From IMG/VR virus record IMGVR_UViG_3300037189_010778, positions 55,818 through 75,817 of that record: a DNA stretch of 20,000 bases; one strand, given 5' to 3'. Both the position numbers and the translations under genes were made by a program. Source of the stretch: an uncultured virus (IMG/VR IMGVR_UViG_3300037189_010778) (taxonomy: Duplodnaviria; Heunggongvirae; Uroviricota; Caudoviricetes). This document shows, in pieces, positions 10,094 to 17,059 of this stretch (positions are counted from its first letter, which is position 1; each line of letters begins with the position of its first letter). The notes beneath the pieces are model-generated. The model searched no databases. It had not been told where the DNA came from and saw nothing but the letters and a program-made list of their open reading frames with translations.

Positions 10094-11337
10094 TACGCTG
10101 TTTTAACATATTTTGATTTAGTATTCTCTAAATTAGTACTAATTTGTTCCAACGTTGTATTAAGTTGAGAAGCTACTGCGTTTAATGGTGCTAAAGGAGC
10201 ACCAGATGGAGTACTTACTAATGTGCTACATATTTGCATAAAAGACTGTAAATTTTGTATTAATGTCTTTAATAATGAAACTGTTGTATCACCTAGTAAT
10301 ACTGATTCCGTAGCATCTTTAGACCCTAAATATACATTAGTTGATTGTATTATAGTATCAGGGGCATCAATATTAACTGATGATACTGCATTTAAATTAA
10401 TAGATTTTTTAGAACTTAATAATATATGATCCTGAGTAGTATTAAATACTAGTCGGCCTGAATTTAGTATTATTTGTGAGCTATTAGAATATTCTTTAGG
10501 GTTAGTAGGTGCATCTGATTTATAACTTACATAACTAATACTTGAAGCTTCTAATGGTATTTTTTGAGTACTTGTACTGTATATAGAAGATAAATCTTTA
10601 TTTATATCTTCAGTAATAGGTACCCAACCCTCATCACTAGCATCTGTTGATTGTCCATTACGTATTAAGATAATTGGGTCACCATTAGTACCTATAGATG
10701 ACCAATTATTTTGTCTACCATTAACAGTAGAACCAAAACGTATACTATTACCCCATCTGCCTTCTTGTATAACATCTCCTTCAAATGGAAGAAGTGGATG
10801 TATATTAGAACGTTCTTTAAATGTTTGCCCTAAAAATATTTCAGTACTTTGATCAGTAACTCGTCTAACACTACCAGCTTGAGTTTGAGTATAATCTTTA
10901 GCTTGTGATGATGGTGGTGTATTTGGATTCTCAGGATAAGCGTTATGATGTGGATGATTCCATAATGAAACTAAACTAACATAATATGATCTAGCGGCAT
11001 TATAAGTTAATCCAATTCCAGTACTAGGTAATGAAATTAAAAATACAATTTCATTTATAAGTGGATAATTTTTAATATTAGGATATAAAGGATAAGCTAT
11101 TGAATATTGCCCTGATGTTGCTTCTAATGGATTATTAACTGCTTGATATTCTATAGCTCCTAATGAATTCCACTCTCCTAATTCTTTAAATCTTGGATGA
11201 GTACTATCTAATATAATACTTTTAATACGTACAGGTACCATTTGGTTACTTAACGCAGATAAAGTCTGCGATAAGCTAACCTGGTTTTGTACGTTTTGAG
11301 TTTTATTATATGCTTGGTATCCGTATGATTGAGGCAT
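10093..11337 (-). CDS. Baseplate hub/central spike protein (gp5/VgrG-like, no lysozyme insert evident)
   Basis: OB-fold-like N-terminus (AYPLYPNIKNYPLINEIVFLI), EGDVIQEGRWGNSIRFGST, then beta-helix-like strands (IILNSGRLVFN..DHILLSSKKSINLNAVSSVNIDA...VYLGS) and ESVLLGD. Confidence 0.7.
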   Translation of the reverse strand: MPQSYGYQAYNKTQNVQNQVSLSQTLSALSNQMVPVRIKSIILDSTHPRFKELGEWNSLGAIEYQAVNNPLEATSGQYSIAYPLYPNIKNYPLINEIVFLISLPSTGIGLTYNAARSYYVSLVSLWNHPHHNAYPENPNTPPSSQAKDYTQTQAGSVRRVTDQSTEIFLGQTFKERSNIHPLLPFEGDVIQEGRWGNSIRFGSTVNGRQNNWSSIGTNGDPIILIRNGQSTDASDEGWVPITEDINKDLSSIYSTSTQKIPLEASSISYVSYKSDAPTNPKEYSNSSQIILNSGRLVFNTTQDHILLSSKKSINLNAVSSVNIDAPDTIIQSTNVYLGSKDATESVLLGDTTVSLLKTLIQNLQSFMQICSTLVSTPSGAPLAPLNAVASQLNTTLEQISTNLENTKSKYVKTA

Positions 11338-11340
11338 TAG

Positions 11341-11679
11341 CTATTTATTTGGTCCATTGATCTTATCAATCTCAGCTAATAATTGTGCTTTTTCCTCTTC
11401 TGAGATGCCTAAGCTACCTTCTCCGGATGTATTACTTAATATTCTTTGAACTATAGTTGCCATTTTAATAAGTTGTTCATCATTTTTAACACTTATTTCT
11501 AAGTATTCTTTAATCAATGGAACAATTAAAGTAGCATCACCTATATCATTTATTAAAGGTTTTAATTCAGATATTAGAGCAGATATTTGTTTTTCTTTTT
11601 TCTTTTGGTTATCATATATCTCTTCTAATATATCACTGAATTTCTTCTTACCAAAGATTACGCTTTCTAGTGAGCTCAT
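11341..11679 (-). CDS. Hypothetical protein
   Basis: 112-aa helical ORF preceded by ATATTTATA; first gene of the structural block. Confidence 0.75.
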   Translation of the reverse strand: MSSLESVIFGKKKFSDILEEIYDNQKKKEKQISALISELKPLINDIGDATLIVPLIKEYLEISVKNDEQLIKMATIVQRILSNTSGEGSLGISEEEKAQLLAEIDKINGPNK

Positions 11680-11708
11680 ATATCTTATTTTAGTTATAAA
11701 TATGTGTA

Positions 11709-12428
11709 CTAAAAATTCGTATACCCATATTCTAGATAAAACATATATTTCTTTTTAAATATATCATATAGTCTATCTGCTACTTTAGTAATTTTTGATG
11801 TTTTTACATCTATTATCTCACGAATATATATGTAAAGTGCTTTTTTATTAAAAATATCTAAACTATCTCGTTTACGGAATAATTCTAAAATAGCGTCAGC
11901 TATCTGAGCGTCTAGTTCTTTAGGAAATAATTCAAATATATTATTAGTACAATATTCAATATACTTATCCATAAACTTAGATAAATTACTATGGGCTACT
12001 GTAGTATTAACATCATCTAATTGATATGAAAATTTTTCATCTTCTTCAATATGAGATACAGGAAGTGCATCTATACGTTTTTTATAATTAGTCTGATTTG
12101 ATAATATTAAATATCGTTTAGCTATGGTGCCAAAATAAGAAAAAGCTTTAGTACCTTTAGTTTGATCATATAGATGAATCTTACTGAGTAAGAATGTAAT
12201 TACTTCATGTTGTAAATCTTCAATATTATCTACTTCAGTATAATAAAATTTAAATGTATGAATGATATTTTCTGTAAGTTTAAAAAACGCATAATGGATT
12301 TTCTCATTATACAATTTATTACGTTCGTCCATATCATTACTAGCAACATACGCTACAATAGCGTCTTCTGTTTCTTTAGTAAAATATACATTTGATGTTT
12401 TCTTTTTCTTCTTAACCTCTAATTCCAT
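11709..12428 (-). CDS. Phage RNA polymerase sigma factor (sigma-70 region 2-like; probable late sigma)
   Basis: DLQHEVITFLLSKIHLYDQTKGTKAFSYFGTIAKRYLI matches sigma region 2.2-2.4 (DL.QE...L......FD..KG..F.TYA); N-terminal YFTKETEDAI resembles T4 gp55-type sigmas. Confidence 0.8.
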   Translation of the reverse strand: MELEVKKKKKTSNVYFTKETEDAIVAYVASNDMDERNKLYNEKIHYAFFKLTENIIHTFKFYYTEVDNIEDLQHEVITFLLSKIHLYDQTKGTKAFSYFGTIAKRYLILSNQTNYKKRIDALPVSHIEEDEKFSYQLDDVNTTVAHSNLSKFMDKYIEYCTNNIFELFPKELDAQIADAILELFRKRDSLDIFNKKALYIYIREIIDVKTSKITKVADRLYDIFKKKYMFYLEYGYTNF

Positions 12429-12431
12429 TTT

Positions 12432-12728
12432 TTATATATTCTTTATATTGAACTGATCCAATACACTTTGTATTGATTTCAATTGTTCAAAGAAAAATCC
12501 AACCTCATCATCACTTTCAAAGGAACCTTTACTATCTACTTCTTTAAGACGTTTATTTGAATGACTAATAATATCTGATACTTTATTTAGATATGTCATA
12601 TATCCAGCTAATATTTCAGTTTGCTCATTAACTATATCTTCTAATTTTTCATTTTTACGTAGAAGATTATAAGTTGTATAGCTTAAAATTAAGATAAACG
12701 CGATTAAAACAACTATTAGTACTATCAT
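12432..12728 (-). CDS. Membrane-anchored coiled-coil protein
   Basis: N-terminal hydrophobic MIVLIVVLIAFILILSY followed by heptad-like sequence. Confidence 0.7.
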   Translation of the reverse strand: MIVLIVVLIAFILILSYTTYNLLRKNEKLEDIVNEQTEILAGYMTYLNKVSDIISHSNKRLKEVDSKGSFESDDEVGFFFEQLKSIQSVLDQFNIKNI

Positions 12729-13501
12729 ATATTATTCAATAAATTTTTAAGTCCCTCGGATTTTATACCTCCTAAAGCTTTAGTCTTAGGTGATCTATTT
12801 TCTTTGTTCGATTCCAATGTAATATTTTTCTTTGGCTTCTCCACATTTCCTTTAAATTTAGGTAACCATTCTCTTTCAAATTCAATCCTGGATGCCATTA
12901 AATCTGCTTGATGTAAAATATAAGGTAAAGATGTTCTTGGTTTTTGCTCTGGCATGAACGCTGTTAAGTACTTTTTATTAGATTCATCATACAATCCATC
13001 ATGGGTTTGTATAGCTACCATTTCATTAAAAGAATACTTAATATTATGAGCCTGAAGCATATATAATCCTCTATCTGGAACTGATGCAAACGCTAAATTA
13101 CTATTAAACATATAATCTTCTCCTAATTTATCTTTACGCCATTGATCGGTTTGAGGAATATATGATTCATATTGTTCATCTCCTATTTTACCTAGATCAT
13201 GATTTAAAGCTGAGAATACTAATTCTTCAGTAGAATATGTAGAACTATCTACTCCCATTTGAGCCCAAACATTATTTAATTTAAGGGCACAATCTACTAC
13301 TCTTATAACATGATCTACATATCCTCCAGGGAAAGCACTATGATATTCCTTTTTATAAGAGGCGGGCATCATCATAATACGTTCTGAGTATTTATTATAG
13401 AATCCTTTTAACTCAGACCTACGAGGTTCTGAGATGTATGCGTCTATTCGACTCATTAAAATACTCCAATTATCTTGGATTTGTTCTGCTGTTAAATTCA
13501 T
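12725..13501 (-). CDS. HD-domain metal-dependent phosphohydrolase (YhaM-like)
   Basis: Motifs YHSAFPGGYVDH...LNHDLGKIG...HDG...LHQAD give the full H..HD..H..D metal ligand set. Confidence 0.88.
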   Translation of the reverse strand: MNLTAEQIQDNWSILMSRIDAYISEPRRSELKGFYNKYSERIMMMPASYKKEYHSAFPGGYVDHVIRVVDCALKLNNVWAQMGVDSSTYSTEELVFSALNHDLGKIGDEQYESYIPQTDQWRKDKLGEDYMFNSNLAFASVPDRGLYMLQAHNIKYSFNEMVAIQTHDGLYDESNKKYLTAFMPEQKPRTSLPYILHQADLMASRIEFEREWLPKFKGNVEKPKKNITLESNKENRSPKTKALGGIKSEGLKNLLNNI

Positions 13502-13518
13502 AACTTATTAATTTTTTA

Positions 13519-13719
13519 TTAGATAGATGTGTTTAATTCTTCTCCAGTTCTAGGCTCATACTCAACGTAAGATTTAAGTTCATCTATTAACTGCTTCATA
13601 TATTCAGTTACTTCTAGATACTCATTAATGTTTCCATTACGTTTTAAAATAAAGTCTAATTTACTCAGATTTGATTCTAATCTTTCCAATTTACTTCTTA
13701 CAATTTCTCTTGATCTCAT
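13519..13719 (-). CDS. Hypothetical protein (66 aa)
   Basis: Clean ORF with A-rich leader, co-oriented with neighbours. Confidence 0.7.
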   Translation of the reverse strand: MRSREIVRSKLERLESNLSKLDFILKRNGNINEYLEVTEYMKQLIDELKSYVEYEPRTGEELNTSI

Positions 13720-13836
13720 AATTTATTGTTTAAATGTTATATTAAATGTTCAATCGTTCCCTCCCCCCTTGTTCCTACATCCTCATCCTACATCCTCTCT
13801 CCTCCTCATTAACTAAATTCCCTTAAACCCGTAATT

Positions 13837-13868
13837 TAAATATAATATCTATTTTTTACGCTTCCAAG
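13837..13868 (-). promoter_or_regulatory. Bacteroidota-type promoter, variant copy (CTTGG-N19-TATATTTA)
   Basis: Same 32-bp spacing as the early-array promoters. Confidence 0.6.
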
Positions 13869-14290
13869 CTTTCTTGCGCAAAATCTAAAATTTTCTTTAA
13901 AACCGTGCATTTCTCATATTCTTCAGTACTGATGAAGTAGTTCAAAGCCATGATTAAATTGTTAATTAAATAACTATGTTTGGCCCTGGCTCTTACAGCC
14001 ATTTGATGATCCTCATTATTTATATCAATTAATTCCAAGAACGCGTAGGCTCGATTATATACAATAGCATTACTAGCATCTGATAGCAATTCATGATTAA
14101 AATCTTTACTATCAGATAATACTTTTTCAAGTTGGTGTTTGAATATATTATTATTTTGTATTAATCTTTCAAACATACCAACCCAAAATAACGGTTTTTC
14201 ATATAAAGCGATAATATTATTATCTTCTTCAGATAATGGTTTATCTTCGTTTTTATAATCGAATAAAGCGAATATTCTATCTAAGTTCAT
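13856..14290 (-). CDS. Protein with C-terminal UVR (UvrB/UvrC)-like motif
   Basis: LIMALNYFISTEEYEKCTVLKKIL resembles the UVR consensus L..A...E.YE.AA.LRD.I. Confidence 0.65.
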   Translation of the reverse strand: MNLDRIFALFDYKNEDKPLSEEDNNIIALYEKPLFWVGMFERLIQNNNIFKHQLEKVLSDSKDFNHELLSDASNAIVYNRAYAFLELIDINNEDHQMAVRARAKHSYLINNLIMALNYFISTEEYEKCTVLKKILDFAQESLEA

Positions 14291-14312
14291 ATATATAAAT
14301 ATATGGCAGAAT

Positions 14313-14340
14313 AAAAAAGCACCAACATTACATTGGTGCT
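14313..14340 (-). terminator. Intrinsic terminator closing the tRNA operon
   Basis: Minus strand AGCACCAA-TGTAATG-TTGGTGCT followed by a T run, about 35 nt downstream of tRNA-Leu. Confidence 0.8.
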
Positions 14341-14376
14341 AAAAAATAAAAAACAATAAATCATTAAACATACATG

Positions 14377-14456
14377 TACCCTCGATCGGACTTGAACCGA
14401 TACGTCTCTCGACACGGCTTCTAAGACCGCTGTGTATACCATTCCACCACGAGGGC
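14377..14456 (-). tRNA. tRNA-Leu (TAG)
   Basis: Acceptor GCCCTCG/CGAGGGT+A, D-loop GGAATGGTATAC, anticodon arm GCGGT-CTTAGAA-GCCGT, long variable arm, T-arm ATCGG-TTCAAGT-CCGAT. CCA not encoded. Confidence 0.93.
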
Positions 14457-14459
14457 ATA

Positions 14460-14572
14460 TTTGCTAGGTCACCGATGCCACCTAGCGTGGAGAGTAAAGT
14501 TTTGTCTAATTTCTCTTATGAGACATAGTCGCAGGATCTCTCTTATTCTTCAACCCGAATCGGTATTAAGGT
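14460..14572 (-). ncRNA. Candidate structured RNA with possible pseudoknot
   Basis: Hairpin GCTAGGT/ACCTAGC whose loop (ATCGGT) is complementary to upstream ACCGAT; nested GAGAG/CTCTC and TGTCT/AGACA stems; bounded by tRNA-type elements. Confidence 0.45.
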
Positions 14573-14573
14573 G

Positions 14574-14660
14574 TAGTCAGGACAGGATTCGAACCTGCGA
14601 CAATATAACCAATTTTTATTGGATAGCATAAACTACTTTGCCATTACATATTACCTGACT
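14574..14660 (-). ncRNA. tRNA-like RNA 1 (87 nt, no canonical anticodon arm)
   Basis: Acceptor AGTCAGG/CCTGACT+A and T-arm GCAGG-TTCGAAT-CCTGT are intact; the interior has two short hairpins with 4-nt loops instead of D and anticodon arms. Confidence 0.75.
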
Positions 14661-14665
14661 GTGTT

Positions 14666-14791
14666 TTAAAAAACGATTAAATATACTACAGTAAAAGCAG
14701 CTGAGATCATTAAAAATGCGACTACTAGTGACATAAGATACATCTCAACTGGGTGCATTTTACTCAACATAAATTCTAGTTTCTTTTTCAT
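14666..14791 (-). CDS. Small single-pass membrane protein (41 aa; absent from ORF track)
   Basis: MKKKLEFMLSKMHPVEMYLMSLVVAFLMISAAFTVVYLIVF*; A-rich leader; fills the gap between the two tRNA-like RNAs almost exactly. Confidence 0.65.
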   Translation of the reverse strand: MKKKLEFMLSKMHPVEMYLMSLVVAFLMISAAFTVVYLIVF

Positions 14792-14801
14792 AATTTTTAT
14801 G

Positions 14802-14926
14802 CAGTCAGGACAGGATTCGAACCTGTATGTGATATCTTTCACATTATCTACTTAACCATTTAGCTCGGGATTTTCGAACTTTTTACTGTTAAGCAATTCA
14901 GCATCTACCAATTGCGCCACCTGACT
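14802..14926 (-). ncRNA. tRNA-like RNA 2 (125 nt, extended central arm)
   Basis: Acceptor AGTCAGG/CCTGACT+G, Leu/Ser-type D-arm GCG-CAATTGGTAGA-TGC, long stem TGCTTAAC/GTTAAGTA enclosing AGTTCG/CGAGCT, variable hairpin ATGTGA/TCACAT, T-arm ACAGG-TTCGAAT-CCTGT. Confidence 0.78.
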
Positions 14927-14937
14927 ATGTTCTCTTG

Positions 14938-15009
14938 TAGTCCCATCAAGAATCGAACTTGAAATAACAGCTTAGAAGGCTGTGGTTATATCCATTTAAC
15001 TATAGGACC
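14938..15009 (-). tRNA. tRNA-Arg (TCT)
   Basis: Acceptor GGTCCTA/TGGGACT+A, D-arm GTTA/TAAC, anticodon arm ACAGC-CTTCTAA-GCTGT, T-arm TCAAG-TTCGATT-CTTGA. CCA not encoded. Confidence 0.95.
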
Positions 15010-15015
15010 AATAAC

Positions 15016-15153
15016 CTACTTAGATAATGTTGTATCTGTAACTACTGTTGTAGTATCTGTTGTAGGTGTGGTGGTACTTTGTGTTCCTGTAGAACTGCAA
15101 GAAACAACAAACATTGTTGCGATCATAATCGCGGCTAAAACTACTTTTTTCAT
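15016..15153 (-). CDS. Small Thr-rich lipoprotein (45 aa; absent from ORF track)
   Basis: MKKVVLAAIMIATMFVVSC-SSTGTQSTTTPTTDTTTVVTDTTLSK*: basic N-terminus, hydrophobic core, lipobox VVSC; directly downstream of a promoter. Confidence 0.82.
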   Translation of the reverse strand: MKKVVLAAIMIATMFVVSCSSTGTQSTTTPTTDTTTVVTDTTLSK

Positions 15154-15175
15154 ATTTTTAAATTTTAATTTACAC

Positions 15176-15207
15176 TAAATATACTATTAAATCTTTTAAA
15201 GGCCAAA
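15176..15207 (-). promoter_or_regulatory. Bacteroidota-type promoter driving the lipoprotein/tRNA operon
   Basis: TTTGG-N19-TATATTTA, same spacing as the early-array copies. Confidence 0.75.
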
Positions 15208-15211
15208 TTTT

Positions 15212-15670
15212 TTAAATATATCTTTTACCTATTTCTTTTATCACATCAATGGCTTCATTAATGTCTATTTTAAAGAATTCCCTATTACTATTGACCCGGT
15301 ACGAATCTAAGTATATATGGATATCATTTTCTAAGAATTCACCTTCATGACACTTAAATGCAAACTCAACTTTAAATGGTATAGGAACACCAGTAGATGC
15401 AGATATTTGTTTAGCACGTTCTTCTGGAGTTAATTTAGTAATTCCTATCTTAACTATATTAGGCATGGATTCATTAGATAAAATATATACCCAATATTTC
15501 CCTTCACCTTCTCTATGGATAGGATATTTTTTCTGATCTGTATAGTAAAAGACATAATCCCATTTTCCTTCAGAACATGGTATACGAGTAAAGTATGATG
15601 CTGGTTGCCCTAAAATATCATCTTGTGTACTTATATATTTCTCTGCTTCATATGGTGTTATATACCTCAT
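15212..15670 (-). CDS. T5orf172 / GIY-YIG superfamily protein
   Basis: WVYILSNESMPNIVKIGIT...PEERAKQIS.STGVPIPF...E..IH..L...R....REFF is the T5orf172/MUG113 signature. Confidence 0.88.
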   Translation of the reverse strand: MRYITPYEAEKYISTQDDILGQPASYFTRIPCSEGKWDYVFYYTDQKKYPIHREGEGKYWVYILSNESMPNIVKIGITKLTPEERAKQISASTGVPIPFKVEFAFKCHEGEFLENDIHIYLDSYRVNSNREFFKIDINEAIDVIKEIGKRYI

Positions 15671-15689
15671 AATTCACTTAAATATATAC

Positions 15690-16223
15690 CTATATAATAT
15701 GGTCTATAACACCATAACTATTGGCCTCTTCTGCGGACATATACCAATCTCTATGTTCACGTTTTACAATATCTAATTGCATTTTGGTTAGATTAGTGCG
15801 CTCCAATACAATAGAATCGTATATATCCATTATACGTTTACCTTCTTCCACCTCATTTCTATGTGTGGATAAATTTGAATCATGTAATGACCATAGTAAT
15901 TCGTGATACATGAACGTGCTATTTTTACTAGCTACACGATAATGCCCGGCAGCCATAATTACAAAACCCATTGATAATGCTGAACCATAACATATTGTAT
16001 GTACTGGTGTTGTACTGGACATAATAATGTCCGCAACTCCTAATCCTCTATATATATCTCCACCATATGAATTGATGATGAGTTTGATAGGCTCACGTTT
16101 ATCTACATCTTTTCCCTCATCCACATGATTTATCTCACAAATAAATTGTATAACTTCATTTGTGTTTTCATCATTTATATCACCTAATGATATTATGCGA
16201 TGGCTTGGGGGCGACTTTTTCAT
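15690..16223 (-). CDS. clpP: ClpP-family serine protease subunit
   Basis: IKLIINSYGG, catalytic Ser (ALSMG), His (FMYH), Asp (RDWYMSAEEA..YGVIDHI). Start placed at 16223 (MKKSPP) because the track start at 16298 overlaps the upstream gene. Confidence 0.9.
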   Translation of the reverse strand: MKKSPPSHRIISLGDINDENTNEVIQFICEINHVDEGKDVDKREPIKLIINSYGGDIYRGLGVADIIMSSTTPVHTICYGSALSMGFVIMAAGHYRVASKNSTFMYHELLWSLHDSNLSTHRNEVEEGKRIMDIYDSIVLERTNLTKMQLDIVKREHRDWYMSAEEANSYGVIDHII

Positions 16224-16245
16224 AAAACGTAGTTTATAATACATA

Positions 16246-16767
16246 TTATTCTTGCTTCTTTTTCCGGCCACGTTTTCCACCTTTACGAGCAAGTGCATAC
16301 GCTAATTTCTCGGCTTTTTGCTCTGGTGTGTATTTTGATGGACGGCCTTTTTTACCCGATGATTGAGCTTTTTGTTCCTCACGTTTCATTTTCTCCTCTG
16401 GAGATAATGGTTTCCTACCACGTTTTCCAGGTGTTGTATTGGTCTCTTTTATAATTTTAATTTTGGTTGTGTCTTTGTCATTACCAAACTTTTTAATACC
16501 TAAAACATAAGGATGGACAATTACTTGGTCTAAACCATAATTGTACATACATCCATTATCATGATATACCTCAAATCCACCATCGGGAAATGATTTTTTC
16601 TCTCCTGGTTGATACATTGCTTTTAATGTGAGGAATTCATTGGGTTGATCAAAATATTCCGCCGGCAATACTCTTACGTGTTTAACAAAATTTAAAAACC
16701 GAGAATCAACGTCTTCATACACTTTATATGGAATATATCCATCCTTAATTTTAGTAGTTATTTTCAT
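16246..16767 (-). CDS. Hypothetical protein with basic AT-hook-like C-terminal tail
   Basis: KRGRKP, KKGRPS and KRGRKK motifs in the C-terminal third. Confidence 0.7.
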   Translation of the reverse strand: MKITTKIKDGYIPYKVYEDVDSRFLNFVKHVRVLPAEYFDQPNEFLTLKAMYQPGEKKSFPDGGFEVYHDNGCMYNYGLDQVIVHPYVLGIKKFGNDKDTTKIKIIKETNTTPGKRGRKPLSPEEKMKREEQKAQSSGKKGRPSKYTPEQKAEKLAYALARKGGKRGRKKKQE

Positions 16768-17059
16768 ATATATTTTGTCGATGCGACTTTTTTATAAAAG
16801 GATCTTTTTTAACCTCTGTGATTTTATTGTGTTTTTGGTAAATCGAAAGTTGAGTATATGAGTATATACTGTCGATGTAGAAAGGTATAAGAGTTATATT
16901 CATCACTCAAATCACCCCCGGATAACATACCCACCATATATGGATATCAACGATGATGGGAGATTATACCGTGGTTACCTCCTACACCGTACGTACGTAC
17001 GCCGGGAATATCCGGCGACGCTTTGTACACACAATAAAATAAAGAACTAATATTTTGTG

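Noticed and set aside
10223..10429. Plus-strand 68-aa ORF
   Set aside because: Antisense to the gp5-like gene; no supporting signals.
13628..13816. Plus-strand 62-aa ORF
   Set aside because: Overlaps a minus-strand gene and just translates the pyrimidine tract.
14826..14900. Group I intron in a tRNA-Leu(TAA) anticodon loop
   Set aside because: The insert is far too short, has no recognisable catalytic core, and removing it does not restore a clean anticodon stem.
15212..15670. GIY-YIG gene as an intron-encoded homing endonuclease
   Set aside because: Free-standing, with intact flanking genes and no intron context visible.
15721..15906. Plus-strand 61-aa ORF
   Set aside because: Antisense inside clpP.
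16224..16298. N-terminal extension of ClpP in the ORF track
   Set aside because: Overlaps the upstream gene's 3' end; ClpP similarity begins after the ATG at 16223.
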